Below, one piece after another: positions 1 through 8,061 of a stretch of DNA of 26,125 nt. The notes beneath the pieces are model-generated. The model saw nothing but the letters and a program-made list of their open reading frames with translations. It had not been told where the DNA came from and ran no database searches. The DNA is from Actinomycetota bacterium. GTDB lineage: Bacteria; Actinomycetota; Actinomycetes; Nanopelagicales; Nanopelagicaceae. Each line of letters begins with the position of its first letter. Position 1 is the first letter of the stretch. The translations under genes were made by a program, and so were the position numbers. Where the stretch lies: assembly GCA_009704555.1 (NCBI GenBank), contig WLDY01000001.1:1-26125 (forward strand), read 5' to 3'.

Positions 1-303
1 AGGAACCTTCTCCAATGCCTCTCTCCGTATAAGGCGACCGTATGCGATCACAACTACGAGATCAGGGTTGGCCTGGTCTAGCGCGTTGAGGATCTCAGAA
101 GGGGTATTGGGCTTCCATATTTCCAAAACGTTCGTTGATAGATGCTCGACCAATTCGTTCGGAGAGGGCGTCCCATGGCGCCCCTTGGGCCGATCTGGGG
201 TCGAGAGAATCCCTACGACCTCGAGATCCGATCTCATCTTCAAGGCATGAAGGGTCGGGAGGGCGAGAAGAGACGAGGAAGCTAGTAAGACTTTCTTGCT
301 CAT
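1..303 (-). CDS. fmt: Methionyl-tRNA formyltransferase, N-terminal 101 codons (runs off the window's left edge)
   Basis: Not in the ORF track; translated by hand from ATG at 303: MSKKVLLASSSLLALPTLHALKMRSDLEVVGILSTPDRPKGRHGTPSPNELVEHLSTNVLEIWKPNTPSEILNALDQANPDLVVVIAYGRLIRREALEKVP. TPDRPKGR and PDLVVVIAYGRLI are Fmt-type motifs; lies directly downstream of def. Confidence 0.9.
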   Translation of the reverse strand, partial: MSKKVLLASSSLLALPTLHALKMRSDLEVVGILSTPDRPKGRHGTPSPNELVEHLSTNVLEIWKPNTPSEILNALDQANPDLVVVIAYGRLIRREALEKVP

Positions 304-312
304 GAGGGAGGG

Positions 313-861
313 TCAGATACCTAACCCGCGCGTGGCATGGGGCGACACCCGGATCTCAGGGCCTTGCCCCTCTTGAAACCAAACTGACTCGCGGATCTCT
401 CGCATCGCCTCGCGACGCATCTCTGCGCTCATGCGATCGATGAAAAGGATCCCATCAAGGTGATCGACTTCATGTTGAAGAGCTCGGGCGAGGAACTCGG
501 TACCTTCAACGACTATCGGCTCCCCATGCATATTGAAACCTCTTGCGACCGCACGGAACGCGCGTGGCGTCTCATACCGCAACTCGGGGAATGAGAGACA
601 TCCCTCCTCCCCTTCCTGCAACTCTTCCGAGAGATCTAATGTGGGATTGATGAGATGACCGAACTCGTCATCGACATGCCAGGTAAAGACTCTCAACCCG
701 ACCCCAATCTGAGGCGCAGCCAATCCCGCTCCCGGTGCGTCAACCATAGTTTCGGTGAGATCCCTCACCAGATTTCGCAATTCCTTGTCAAAGGCAGTGA
801 CTTCTTCCGCCCTCGTGGTTAGAACTGGATCACCGAAGTGCCTGATCGTCCTGATAGCCAT
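313..861 (-). CDS. def: Peptide deformylase
   Basis: All three PDF motifs present: GAGLAAPQIG, EGCLS, QHEVDHLDG; adjacent to fmt. Confidence 0.97.
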   Translation of the reverse strand: MAIRTIRHFGDPVLTTRAEEVTAFDKELRNLVRDLTETMVDAPGAGLAAPQIGVGLRVFTWHVDDEFGHLINPTLDLSEELQEGEEGCLSFPELRYETPRAFRAVARGFNMHGEPIVVEGTEFLARALQHEVDHLDGILFIDRMSAEMRREAMREIRESVWFQEGQGPEIRVSPHATRGLGI

Positions 862-867
862 AGGACG

Positions 868-873
868 ATCATA
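868..873 (-). promoter_or_regulatory. Candidate -10 hexamer TATGAT, 6 nt before the def ATG (possible leaderless transcript)
   Basis: Minus strand reads TAG(priA stop)-tcgg-TATGAT-cgtcct-ATG. Fits TANNNT; no Shine-Dalgarno in the 16-nt gap. Confidence 0.45.
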
Positions 874-877
874 CCGA

Positions 878-2761
878 CTACATATCCTCTGGATCGAAGT
901 CGTAATCGATTCGAGGCAATCGCTTTGCGCTTCGAATGCGAGTCATCTCCTGTAGCAGACGGAGCAACTCCAAGCGCTGCTCGGAATCGATCTTGAGAAT
1001 CATTCGACCATCGTGAACCGGGAAGATCACGTTCTGCGGATTTCGGAAGAGTTGGTCAGATTCGAGTGAGATACGCAATCGCTGGAGTACACGATCCTCT
1101 CCCTTGAGAGCTACAAGTCCGCTGAAGGGCGGTAATCCAAGTTCGGAACGTTCTCTCATCACGATATCAAGACCACGCGGGTTACCAGGCTGCTTGAGCT
1201 CCTGGTACTCGGGGTGGTTCGCCTCCACATCAACGAGAAAGAGAGCCTCCTTCGGATGGCTTAGTCCAAGTAGCCTCCCCCAGGCCAGCCGAAAGCGATC
1301 AACTCGGGCGATAGATGGTGAGGAGAAGGCTGCACGACCACCGATCATGACCACAGCGTCATAGCCGTAACGCTTTCCGTCTTCACTCCGAATGCGGGGC
1401 TCGCTCCCTTGAGTTGCAACGACGACGGTATGACGTGCCGATCCGATCACATCATCCTTCAGCGCATTCGAATTCGAGATGATGATTTGGGCCCCTTTGA
1501 TGGACTTGCCGATACTAAGACCCAGCGCCTCGCCACCGCCCCTAACTGCAGTTAGATTCGAGCCACCACAATGACGACAGAGGTAGAGCGTGAATTCACG
1601 TAGACACTTCTCGCAACTGGGTGGCGCTCCTCTCTTGGGTACTGTCAGCGAGAACCCACAATCACAGATCCCTCGATTCCTACAAGATGAACAGATGAGT
1701 CCGCTAGCGAAGGACTTGTCGTTGAGGCTCACCAGTACCCATGCGCCATTCGGCTTGAGCCTTGTTGCCTTGGAGATGTCCCTGACGATTCGATCCGTCG
1801 ACGTGATCTCGAATGAAGGCTTGCAGCCACCTTTGCCTAGAGTGAGAGTTTGCTTCTCTCGCATGGAATCGAAGGTTCGAAGGTAAGAGATCTTGAGAAC
1901 TTGTCCAGTATCAGACCACATTGAGGAATCATCCACTCGGAAGTAAGGAGAGCGCCCTTCTCGATGATTCTCATCTCCCGGATCGATGATGATGACTCGT
2001 TCCGGATTGATGGGTGCAAGCGCTGCGCTCCTGGTCCCGATGACCAAGCTCGCTGATTGCTCACGAAGACGACGATATGCAGAGGCCCGCTCGCTTTTCT
2101 TCAAAACAGAAGAGATCGTGACGTGATCCTTGATTCCTCTTTGTCGCAAGGATTCATCCAAGAAGCGCAGTTGACGCTCCGTCGGCACCAAGACGAGCGT
2201 CGAGCGAGGTTCCGCCAACAGGAGTGAGACTGTCACGCGGTCCCAAAGAACTCCTGGGGGGACCACGAGGGTCATCCTTTTGTTTGATCTCCATTGTTGC
2301 CCGAAGAGCCTCTCGAGATAATCGAGGTCACTCCTAGAGGGTTTCAAGATGGAGGACGAGGTCCTTCCGTCCACACCATCGCCGCGTGAGCGCCAGGATG
2401 GATTCGCCGCTGAGATGATAGAGAAGAGTGAGGATCCATAGAGTTCAGCAATCCTTTGATAACGCATGAGATGCGGCGCTTCGAAGAGTGGTTGTGGATG
2501 AAGTACCGACAGAATGCGCTTCAATGATGTGTCTGAACCATCATCTTCCTCTATCCGCACGACGAAACCGAAGGTCTCACCTTGCCCGAATGGGATCTTG
2601 ACGACACTCCCCAGCGACGCAGCTTCTCTCTCTGCTCGATATGAATAGAGGCCTTCGAGATGTGGCACCGGCACGCTGACCGCAACTGTGACGATCTCCC
2701 ACTCGACGCCCGGCGCGACCGGATTCGGCACCGCCGGGTTCTTCAGTTTGAGTCGTGCCAC
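878..2761 (-). CDS. priA: Primosomal protein N' (PriA), actinobacterial type with degenerate helicase motifs; 627 aa from GTG at 2761
   Basis: Start moved from 2929 (inside metK) to GTG 2761, 10 nt after the metK stop. Has an N-terminal 3'-DNA-binding-like segment (HLEGLYSY...VKIPFG), VIGTRSAALAP, a Cys-rich region CSSC/CDC/CEKC/CRHC and ERSELGLPPF; sits in the metK-priA-def-fmt context. Confidence 0.85.
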   Translation of the reverse strand: MARLKLKNPAVPNPVAPGVEWEIVTVAVSVPVPHLEGLYSYRAEREAASLGSVVKIPFGQGETFGFVVRIEEDDGSDTSLKRILSVLHPQPLFEAPHLMRYQRIAELYGSSLFSIISAANPSWRSRGDGVDGRTSSSILKPSRSDLDYLERLFGQQWRSNKRMTLVVPPGVLWDRVTVSLLLAEPRSTLVLVPTERQLRFLDESLRQRGIKDHVTISSVLKKSERASAYRRLREQSASLVIGTRSAALAPINPERVIIIDPGDENHREGRSPYFRVDDSSMWSDTGQVLKISYLRTFDSMREKQTLTLGKGGCKPSFEITSTDRIVRDISKATRLKPNGAWVLVSLNDKSFASGLICSSCRNRGICDCGFSLTVPKRGAPPSCEKCLREFTLYLCRHCGGSNLTAVRGGGEALGLSIGKSIKGAQIIISNSNALKDDVIGSARHTVVVATQGSEPRIRSEDGKRYGYDAVVMIGGRAAFSSPSIARVDRFRLAWGRLLGLSHPKEALFLVDVEANHPEYQELKQPGNPRGLDIVMRERSELGLPPFSGLVALKGEDRVLQRLRISLESDQLFRNPQNVIFPVHDGRMILKIDSEQRLELLRLLQEMTRIRSAKRLPRIDYDFDPEDM

Positions 2762-2771
2762 GCTCGGGAAA

Positions 2772-3971
2772 CTACCCCCTCGAAGCGTCAATGAGGGCTT
2801 GGGCCCTATCCGTTCTTTCCCAAGTGAACTCGGGAAGCTCTCTGCCGAAGTGTCCATAGGCAGCGGTCTTCTTGTAGATCGGACGGAGAAGATGCAAGTC
2901 CCGGATGATCGCTGCTGGCCGCAGATCAAAGACCTCGGTTATTGCTCGCTGGATGCTCTCCTCGCTGACCTTATTGCTTCCGAAAGTCTCAACGAAGAGG
3001 CCGACGGGTTGGGCCTTACCGATCGCGTAGGCAACCTGGACCTCACATCGATCTGCGAGGCCAGCGGCCACGACGTTCTTAGCAACCCAGCGCATCGCAT
3101 AGGCAGCTGAACGGTCCACCTTGGATGGATCCTTTCCGCTGAAAGCGCCGCCACCATGACGAGCCATTCCGCCATAGGTGTCAACGATGATCTTTCGACC
3201 CGTAAGACCGGCATCGCCCATTGGTCCACCAATCACGAATCTCCCGGTGGGGTTGATGAGAGTTCGCACCTTCGAGAGATCGAGCCCACTCCCCGCGAGC
3301 ACTACATCGATCACATGTTCCTTGATATCTGGGGCAAGCTTCCGATCCACATCGACGTCTTCCGCGTGTTGGCTCGAGATAACGATGGTGTCGATGGTGA
3401 CGGGTCGATCCCCTTCATAGCCGATCGTGACTTGGGTCTTCCCATCAGGACGGAGATAGGGCAACAATCCTGACTTCCGAACCTCGGTCAGACGTTCTGC
3501 AAGTCGATGGGAGAGGTAGATCGGCAGCGGCATCAGCGAAGGTGTCTCATTGGAGGCATAACCAAACATCAACCCTTGGTCTCCGGCTCCTTGCAGATCG
3601 ATTGGGTCACTTGACTTGGTGACGCGCTCTTCCACAGCATGGTCAACGCCTTGGGCGATATCGCTTGACTGCTGACCGATCGAGATGGAGACGCCGCAAC
3701 TGTTGCCGTCAAAACCCTTCTCAGAGGAGTCATAACCGATTCCTAGGACGGTTTCGCGCACCAGGGACATCACATCTGCAAACCCCGAAGTGGTCACCTC
3801 ACCTGCAACGTGAACCTGTCCAGTCGTTATCAACGTTTCGACAGCGACCCTCGACTTTGAATCTTGGCTAAGGAGGTCATCAAGGATCGCATCAGAGATC
3901 TGATCCGCAATCTTGTCTGGATGTCCCTCCGTGACAGACTCAGAGGTGAACAAGCGAACTGCTTTACTCAT
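2772..3971 (-). CDS. metK: S-adenosylmethionine synthetase, 399 aa
   Basis: [37 protein letters not shown]. Start set at ATG 3971 ([12 protein letters not shown]), overlapping the coaBC stop by 8 nt. Confidence 0.98.
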   Translation of the reverse strand: MSKAVRLFTSESVTEGHPDKIADQISDAILDDLLSQDSKSRVAVETLITTGQVHVAGEVTTSGFADVMSLVRETVLGIGYDSSEKGFDGNSCGVSISIGQQSSDIAQGVDHAVEERVTKSSDPIDLQGAGDQGLMFGYASNETPSLMPLPIYLSHRLAERLTEVRKSGLLPYLRPDGKTQVTIGYEGDRPVTIDTIVISSQHAEDVDVDRKLAPDIKEHVIDVVLAGSGLDLSKVRTLINPTGRFVIGGPMGDAGLTGRKIIVDTYGGMARHGGGAFSGKDPSKVDRSAAYAMRWVAKNVVAAGLADRCEVQVAYAIGKAQPVGLFVETFGSNKVSEESIQRAITEVFDLRPAAIIRDLHLLRPIYKKTAAYGHFGRELPEFTWERTDRAQALIDASRG

Positions 3972-5172
3972 GAGAGATCCTTTCCGAGATCGCATCCAAC
4001 AATCGATCAGCCATCTGCCTCTTGCTGACAGCCGTGAAACTCTCTATGACCCCACTCTTGTCCAAAAGGAATCCGCTGGTCTCATCAGAACCGAAGACTG
4101 CTCCAGCACTCACGTCATTGACGTAGAGGAGATCGACTCCCTTGCGCGCCAACTTCTCGGAGCCAAGACGAATAAGGTCCACTTCCGCAGGCTCGGTTTC
4201 AGCGGCAAATCCGACGAGAATCTGCCCTGGACTCCTTCTACCCGCAGCACGCTGCAATAGGTCTGGGTTCTCCTCTAGCAGGATCGCGCCAAGTTGATCC
4301 TTCTTGATCTTCCTGTCTTCCCGCACCACGGGACGCGCGTCAGCAACGGCCGCGGTCATGACGAGTACATCGCATTGCCCTTGATGGTGTTGGAGCGCAT
4401 CGCCCATCTCTTCTGCGGTCTCTACTGAAACGCTTGTGATCCCTTCGATATCGGGGAGCGAATTGGGTCCCATGATCAGTGTGACCTGAGCACCTCTCAG
4501 CGCTGCTCGCTCGGCTATCTCATGAGCCTGTCGACCGCTAGAACGGTTACCGATATATCTGACGGGATCGATCGGCTCCCGAGTACCGCCACCAGTGATG
4601 AGGAATCTCGCGCCGATCAAGTCTGCACGACGCCCGTAACTTGCTTCCACGAAATCGATGATCTTCGAACTCTCGGGGAAACGACCTACGCCGACATCCT
4701 CACCGGTGAGCCTTCCGACATCCGGATCCATGACGAAGATACCTCGCTCACGAAGTACCTCGACATTGCTGACCGTTGCTGGGTTCTGCCACATCTCAGG
4801 ATGCATGGCTGGGATCAGTATCACGGGTGCTTTCGTGCTGATCACGACGGAAGTGAGAAGGTCATCGGCTCGACCACTAGCAATGCGCGCGATCAAATCC
4901 GCAGTGGCTGGGGCAATGACGACCAGATCGGCTCTCTTCCCGATCTCTATATGCGGAACCTTTGCTACGTCACTCCAGAGTTCGGAGATGACCGGTCTAT
5001 GCGATAACGCCTCCCAGGTCGCCTTGCCAACGAAATGAAGGGATGAAGGGGTAGGAACAACCGTTATAAGGAAGCCTCTCTCCTGAAGACGACGGAGGAG
5101 GTCGCAAGATTTATAAGCTGCGATCCCAGCACCAACACCAAGGACGAGTTCTCGTCCGCGAGGGAATCCCAT
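3964..5172 (-). CDS. coaBC: Bifunctional phosphopantothenoylcysteine decarboxylase / phosphopantothenate-cysteine ligase
   Basis: [50 protein letters not shown]; rpoZ-coaBC-metK synteny. Confidence 0.97.
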   Translation of the reverse strand: MGFPRGRELVLGVGAGIAAYKSCDLLRRLQERGFLITVVPTPSSLHFVGKATWEALSHRPVISELWSDVAKVPHIEIGKRADLVVIAPATADLIARIASGRADDLLTSVVISTKAPVILIPAMHPEMWQNPATVSNVEVLRERGIFVMDPDVGRLTGEDVGVGRFPESSKIIDFVEASYGRRADLIGARFLITGGGTREPIDPVRYIGNRSSGRQAHEIAERAALRGAQVTLIMGPNSLPDIEGITSVSVETAEEMGDALQHHQGQCDVLVMTAAVADARPVVREDRKIKKDQLGAILLEENPDLLQRAAGRRSPGQILVGFAAETEPAEVDLIRLGSEKLARKGVDLLYVNDVSAGAVFGSDETSGFLLDKSGVIESFTAVSKRQMADRLLDAISERISHE

Positions 5173-5193
5173 CTCCTGCCTCGACTGGTCGGA

Positions 5194-5460
5194 CTACTTG
5201 CCGGAGGTCGGTTCCAATTGCTCGATGGAGAGTAGGTTCCCGTTTATCTCACGGAGCGCGATGGAGAGCGGCTTCTCGTGAACGTTGGTCTCAACCAACG
5301 GGCCTACATATTCCAAGAGCCCTTCACCGAGCTGGGAATAGTACGCATTGATCTGACGAGCCCGCTTTGCCGCGTAAAGGACGAGTGAGTACTTCGAGCC
5401 AGTCTTCTCTAAGAGATCATCGATCGGAGGATTGGTGATTCCTTCAGACTTCAACTCCAT
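5194..5460 (-). CDS. rpoZ: RNA polymerase omega subunit
   Basis: [11 protein letters not shown]...[35 protein letters not shown]...[11 protein letters not shown], the typical actinobacterial RpoZ sequence; follows gmk. Confidence 0.97.
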   Translation of the reverse strand: MELKSEGITNPPIDDLLEKTGSKYSLVLYAAKRARQINAYYSQLGEGLLEYVGPLVETNVHEKPLSIALREINGNLLSIEQLEPTSGK

Positions 5461-5513
5461 AGTGCATCTACCTTCTTCTACTCGTCATGTACTCGAACCA
5501 AGCGACTCGCGTT

Positions 5514-5544
5514 CGGATGCGAATGTCTATTCGAAACGGATGCG
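5514..5544. repeat. 8-bp direct repeat CGGATGCG (5514-5521 and 5537-5544) in the gmk-rpoZ intergenic region
   Basis: Read directly from the sequence; copies are 23 bp apart start to start. Function unknown and could be chance. Confidence 0.3.
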
Positions 5545-5555
5545 GGGGCTCCCGG

Positions 5556-6461
5556 CTATGAGGTCGCTAAGGCTACCAGCCTCGATACGACCTGAGCGAC
5601 CTCAGAATTGACCAGCACGTGATCGAATTCCTTCGCGGCAGCCATCTCTTCCTGGGCAATGGCTAATCGCTCTCGAATCCGTTCATCGCTGTCGCTGCCT
5701 CGACCCCTGATCCTGCCTTCTAATTCCTCCCAAGATGGAGGCGAGATGAAGACCAAAACCGCCTCCGGATGGACTTCCTTCACCTGACGCGCCCCTTGGA
5801 GCTCGATCTCCAGTAGAACATGCTTTCCTGCAAGACGATGGCGTTGAACATCCTCTTCCAATGTGCCATAGAGGTTGCCGGCGAATTCGGCCCATTCCAT
5901 GAATTCGTTATTGGCGATACGTGCTTCGAATTCGGCACGTGTTACGAAGTGATAGTGAACCCCATCTTGCTCGCCATCACGTGGAGGTCTAGTCGTGACG
6001 CTAATACTGAGGAAGAAGTCTTCGAATCGTGCGACTTCTTGCGTGATCGTACTTTTGCCCACGCCACCAGGGCCGGAGATGACAAAGAGGCGACCATAGA
6101 AAGCGCTGGACATAGCGCCAAGAGTACTGAGCATCTTGGATGGGATGTTTCTCTCCACCAGTGTCAAGAGCTCTCTTCGCTGTCTGACTCCGAGACCAGC
6201 GATACGCCGCGTCCGCGAGATTCCTACCTTCTCCATCAAGCTCTCGGCGCGAAGCGGTCCCATCTGCGGCAGCGAAGTGAGAAGTTCGATCACTCGCATC
6301 CGTTGTGCGGCGGCGCTACTTGAATCGAAAATCTCTCGCATGGAGAGTGAACCCTCCTTGAGTGCGCTCTTTATCTTCGAGCGCTCCCGGCGGGCTGCGA
6401 TTGCAAGCTCAGCGTTTCGTCGGCGCGTCTGGGGATCAAGAGAGGGTGGCGGATTCTTCAT
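5556..6461 (-). CDS. gmk: Single 301-aa ORF: N-terminal actinobacterial integration host factor (mIHF/sIHF-like, about aa 1-104) fused to guanylate kinase (about aa 117-301)
   Basis: N-terminal part AARRER...LK...MRVIELLTSLPQMGPLRAESLMEKVGISRTRRIAGLG..Q matches the sIHF/mIHF pattern. C-terminal part has P-loop SGPGGVGKST, SVTTRPPRDGEQDGVHYHFV, YGT, LEIELQGARQV, FISPPSWEELEGR. The junction was read codon by codon and has no stop. Confidence 0.9.
   Translation of the reverse strand: MKNPPPSLDPQTRRRNAELAIAARRERSKIKSALKEGSLSMREIFDSSSAAAQRMRVIELLTSLPQMGPLRAESLMEKVGISRTRRIAGLGVRQRRELLTLVERNIPSKMLSTLGAMSSAFYGRLFVISGPGGVGKSTITQEVARFEDFFLSISVTTRPPRDGEQDGVHYHFVTRAEFEARIANNEFMEWAEFAGNLYGTLEEDVQRHRLAGKHVLLEIELQGARQVKEVHPEAVLVFISPPSWEELEGRIRGRGSDSDERIRERLAIAQEEMAAAKEFDHVLVNSEVAQVVSRLVALATS
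6121..6126 (-). promoter_or_regulatory. Candidate internal -10 hexamer TACTCT, 7 nt before ATG 6113 (Met117, start of the Gmk part)
   Basis: Minus strand reads cag-TACTCT-tggcgct-ATG TCC AGC. Fits TANNNT at leaderless spacing; no functional data. Confidence 0.35.
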
Positions 6462-6464
6462 GGA

Positions 6465-7145
6465 TCAGCCCAGCGAACGAATAATCGAATCTGCAGCTTC
6501 TGCAGGAAAAGGTGCGGCCGTGATCGGGCGACCGATCACCAAGTAGTCACTGCCAGCAATAAGAGCCTCTTTCGGGGTCATGACGCGGCGTTGATCGTCA
6601 CCGGCTGACTCAATTCTGATCCCAGGAGTGATGATCTTCATGGTCGGCAATCCTCGTTTGAGGACCTCCACCTCATGCGGCGAGGCGACAAGGGCTCTCG
6701 CACCACCTTCAAGCGCGGTACGAGACAAACTCAAGGCTAGATCCGTTAGTCGAGAATTCACACCCATGGAATCGAGCGCACCTTGATCGAGGGATGTCAG
6801 CACCGTGACAGCCGCGACCATCGTGCCAGGTAAGTTCTCCGTAGCCGCCCTAATCATCTCTACCCCGCCCGAAGCGTGGACCGTGAGAATGAAGGGATCG
6901 AGTTCGGCGACAGCTGCCGCCGCCTTCCCTACCGTATTTGGGATGTCGTGGAGCTTGAGATCCAGGAAGATCTTCAGGTCCATCTCGCGCTTTATCTCTC
7001 TCAACGTGGAGAGCCCATGTCGGAGGTAGAACTCAAGTCCGAACTTGTAGATTCCGATGTACGGTCTCGTAGCCTCGATCAGCGATCTTGCTTTTGCTAG
7101 ATCAGTGGTATCGACAGCAAGGATGATTGGCGAATCAACGTTCAT
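6465..7145 (-). CDS. pyrF: Orotidine-5'-phosphate decarboxylase, 226 aa
   Basis: ILAVD, FLDLKLHDIPNTV, TVHASGG, VTVLTS, TPGIR, VIGRPIT. Start set at ATG 7145 (MNVDSPIILAVD), overlapping the pyrD stop by 11 nt. Confidence 0.96.
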   Translation of the reverse strand: MNVDSPIILAVDTTDLAKARSLIEATRPYIGIYKFGLEFYLRHGLSTLREIKREMDLKIFLDLKLHDIPNTVGKAAAAVAELDPFILTVHASGGVEMIRAATENLPGTMVAAVTVLTSLDQGALDSMGVNSRLTDLALSLSRTALEGGARALVASPHEVEVLKRGLPTMKIITPGIRIESAGDDQRRVMTPKEALIAGSDYLVIGRPITAAPFPAEAADSIIRSLG

Positions 7146-8061
7146 GAGCGACGCCAACCGCATCTGAGAACCTTGTGAAGCCATGGTCTTGGATCAATGT
7201 CGAAAGACGATCTCGAATCTCAATCACACTCATCGGATTTCCGAAGGATGCAGTACCGATCGAGACCGCATCTGCACCCGCAGCCACGAGTTCCAGCGCA
7301 TCTTCGCCGTGAACCACGCCACCCATCCCCACAATGGCAACCGATGGGAATCTCTCCCGAACTTGAAAGATCGCCCTAACGGCCACTGGACGAATCGCGG
7401 GTCCAGAGAGCCCACCAGTCTTGCCTGCTAAGTGTGGCCGCAAAGTCTTCGGATTTATGACCATGCCAAGCAAGGTGTTGATGAGGGCAAGGCCATCTGC
7501 ACCCGCTTCGATGACCTCCCTAGCGATGGCGACGATATCGGTCACGTCGGGTGAGAGCTTGGCGATGATGGGGAACTCACCACCAAGGTTGATTCGAACT
7601 GCCTCTATCGCGGCACGGGCAGTCACTGGATCGCAAGAGAAGACCTGACCACGATTAGCCACATTCGGACAGGAGATATTGACCTCGATCGCCTTGATTC
7701 CTCGTTGTCCTCGGAGACGGCGAGCAAGGGCACCATACTCATCGACCGTCTCACCTGCGATTGAAACGATCACATCACATGATTGGGTTTGAAGCCACGC
7801 CAGATCTTCTTCGATGAAGGCATCGATGCCCGGTCCTTGCAATCCGATCGAGTTGAGCATCCCCGAGGGAGTTTCGGCCATACGGGGTGTGGGTCGTCCG
7901 GAGCGCGCTTTGAGCATGATCGACTTTGTCACCACCGCACCCAACTCCTTGAGCGGGAAGAACTGCGAGAGCTCCTTCCCTGATGCGGCGCAACCACTTG
8001 CCGTGAATATGGGATTCTTGAAGCGCACCCCAGCGATCGTGGTCGAGAAGTCGAGGGTCAC
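7135..8061 (-). CDS. pyrD: Dihydroorotate dehydrogenase, class 1B catalytic subunit
   Basis: KNPIFTASG, NSIGLQGPG, EVNISCPN (class 1 Cys), KLSPD, INTLLG, GGLSG; no N-terminal membrane anchor; adjacent to pyrK. Confidence 0.95.
   Translation of the reverse strand: MTLDFSTTIAGVRFKNPIFTASGCAASGKELSQFFPLKELGAVVTKSIMLKARSGRPTPRMAETPSGMLNSIGLQGPGIDAFIEEDLAWLQTQSCDVIVSIAGETVDEYGALARRLRGQRGIKAIEVNISCPNVANRGQVFSCDPVTARAAIEAVRINLGGEFPIIAKLSPDVTDIVAIAREVIEAGADGLALINTLLGMVINPKTLRPHLAGKTGGLSGPAIRPVAVRAIFQVRERFPSVAIVGMGGVVHGEDALELVAAGADAVSIGTASFGNPMSVIEIRDRLSTLIQDHGFTRFSDAVGVAHER

Noticed and set aside
2762-2929. ORF-track N-terminal extension of priA; similar extensions for metK (3995), pyrF (7184), pyrK (8909), pyrR (16139) and aroE (21888)
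   Set aside because: They run deep into the upstream gene or the regulatory leader. Downstream starts fit family N-termini, RBS positions and stop/start overlaps better.
3960-4000. Possible SAM riboswitch before metK, or T-box before alaS (25970-25975)
   Set aside because: metK overlaps coaBC and alaS has a 6-nt gap, so there is no room and no matching sequence.
4670-4730. CoaC flap [14 protein letters not shown] lacks the ACG cysteine seen in E. coli-type enzymes
   Set aside because: From recollection, GRLTG is the normal actinobacterial form, so it is not specific to this locus.
6040-6075. Gmk P-loop GPGGVGKS instead of GPSGVGKS
   Set aside because: A conservative change that keeps GxxxxGK(S/T); no reason to suspect loss of activity.
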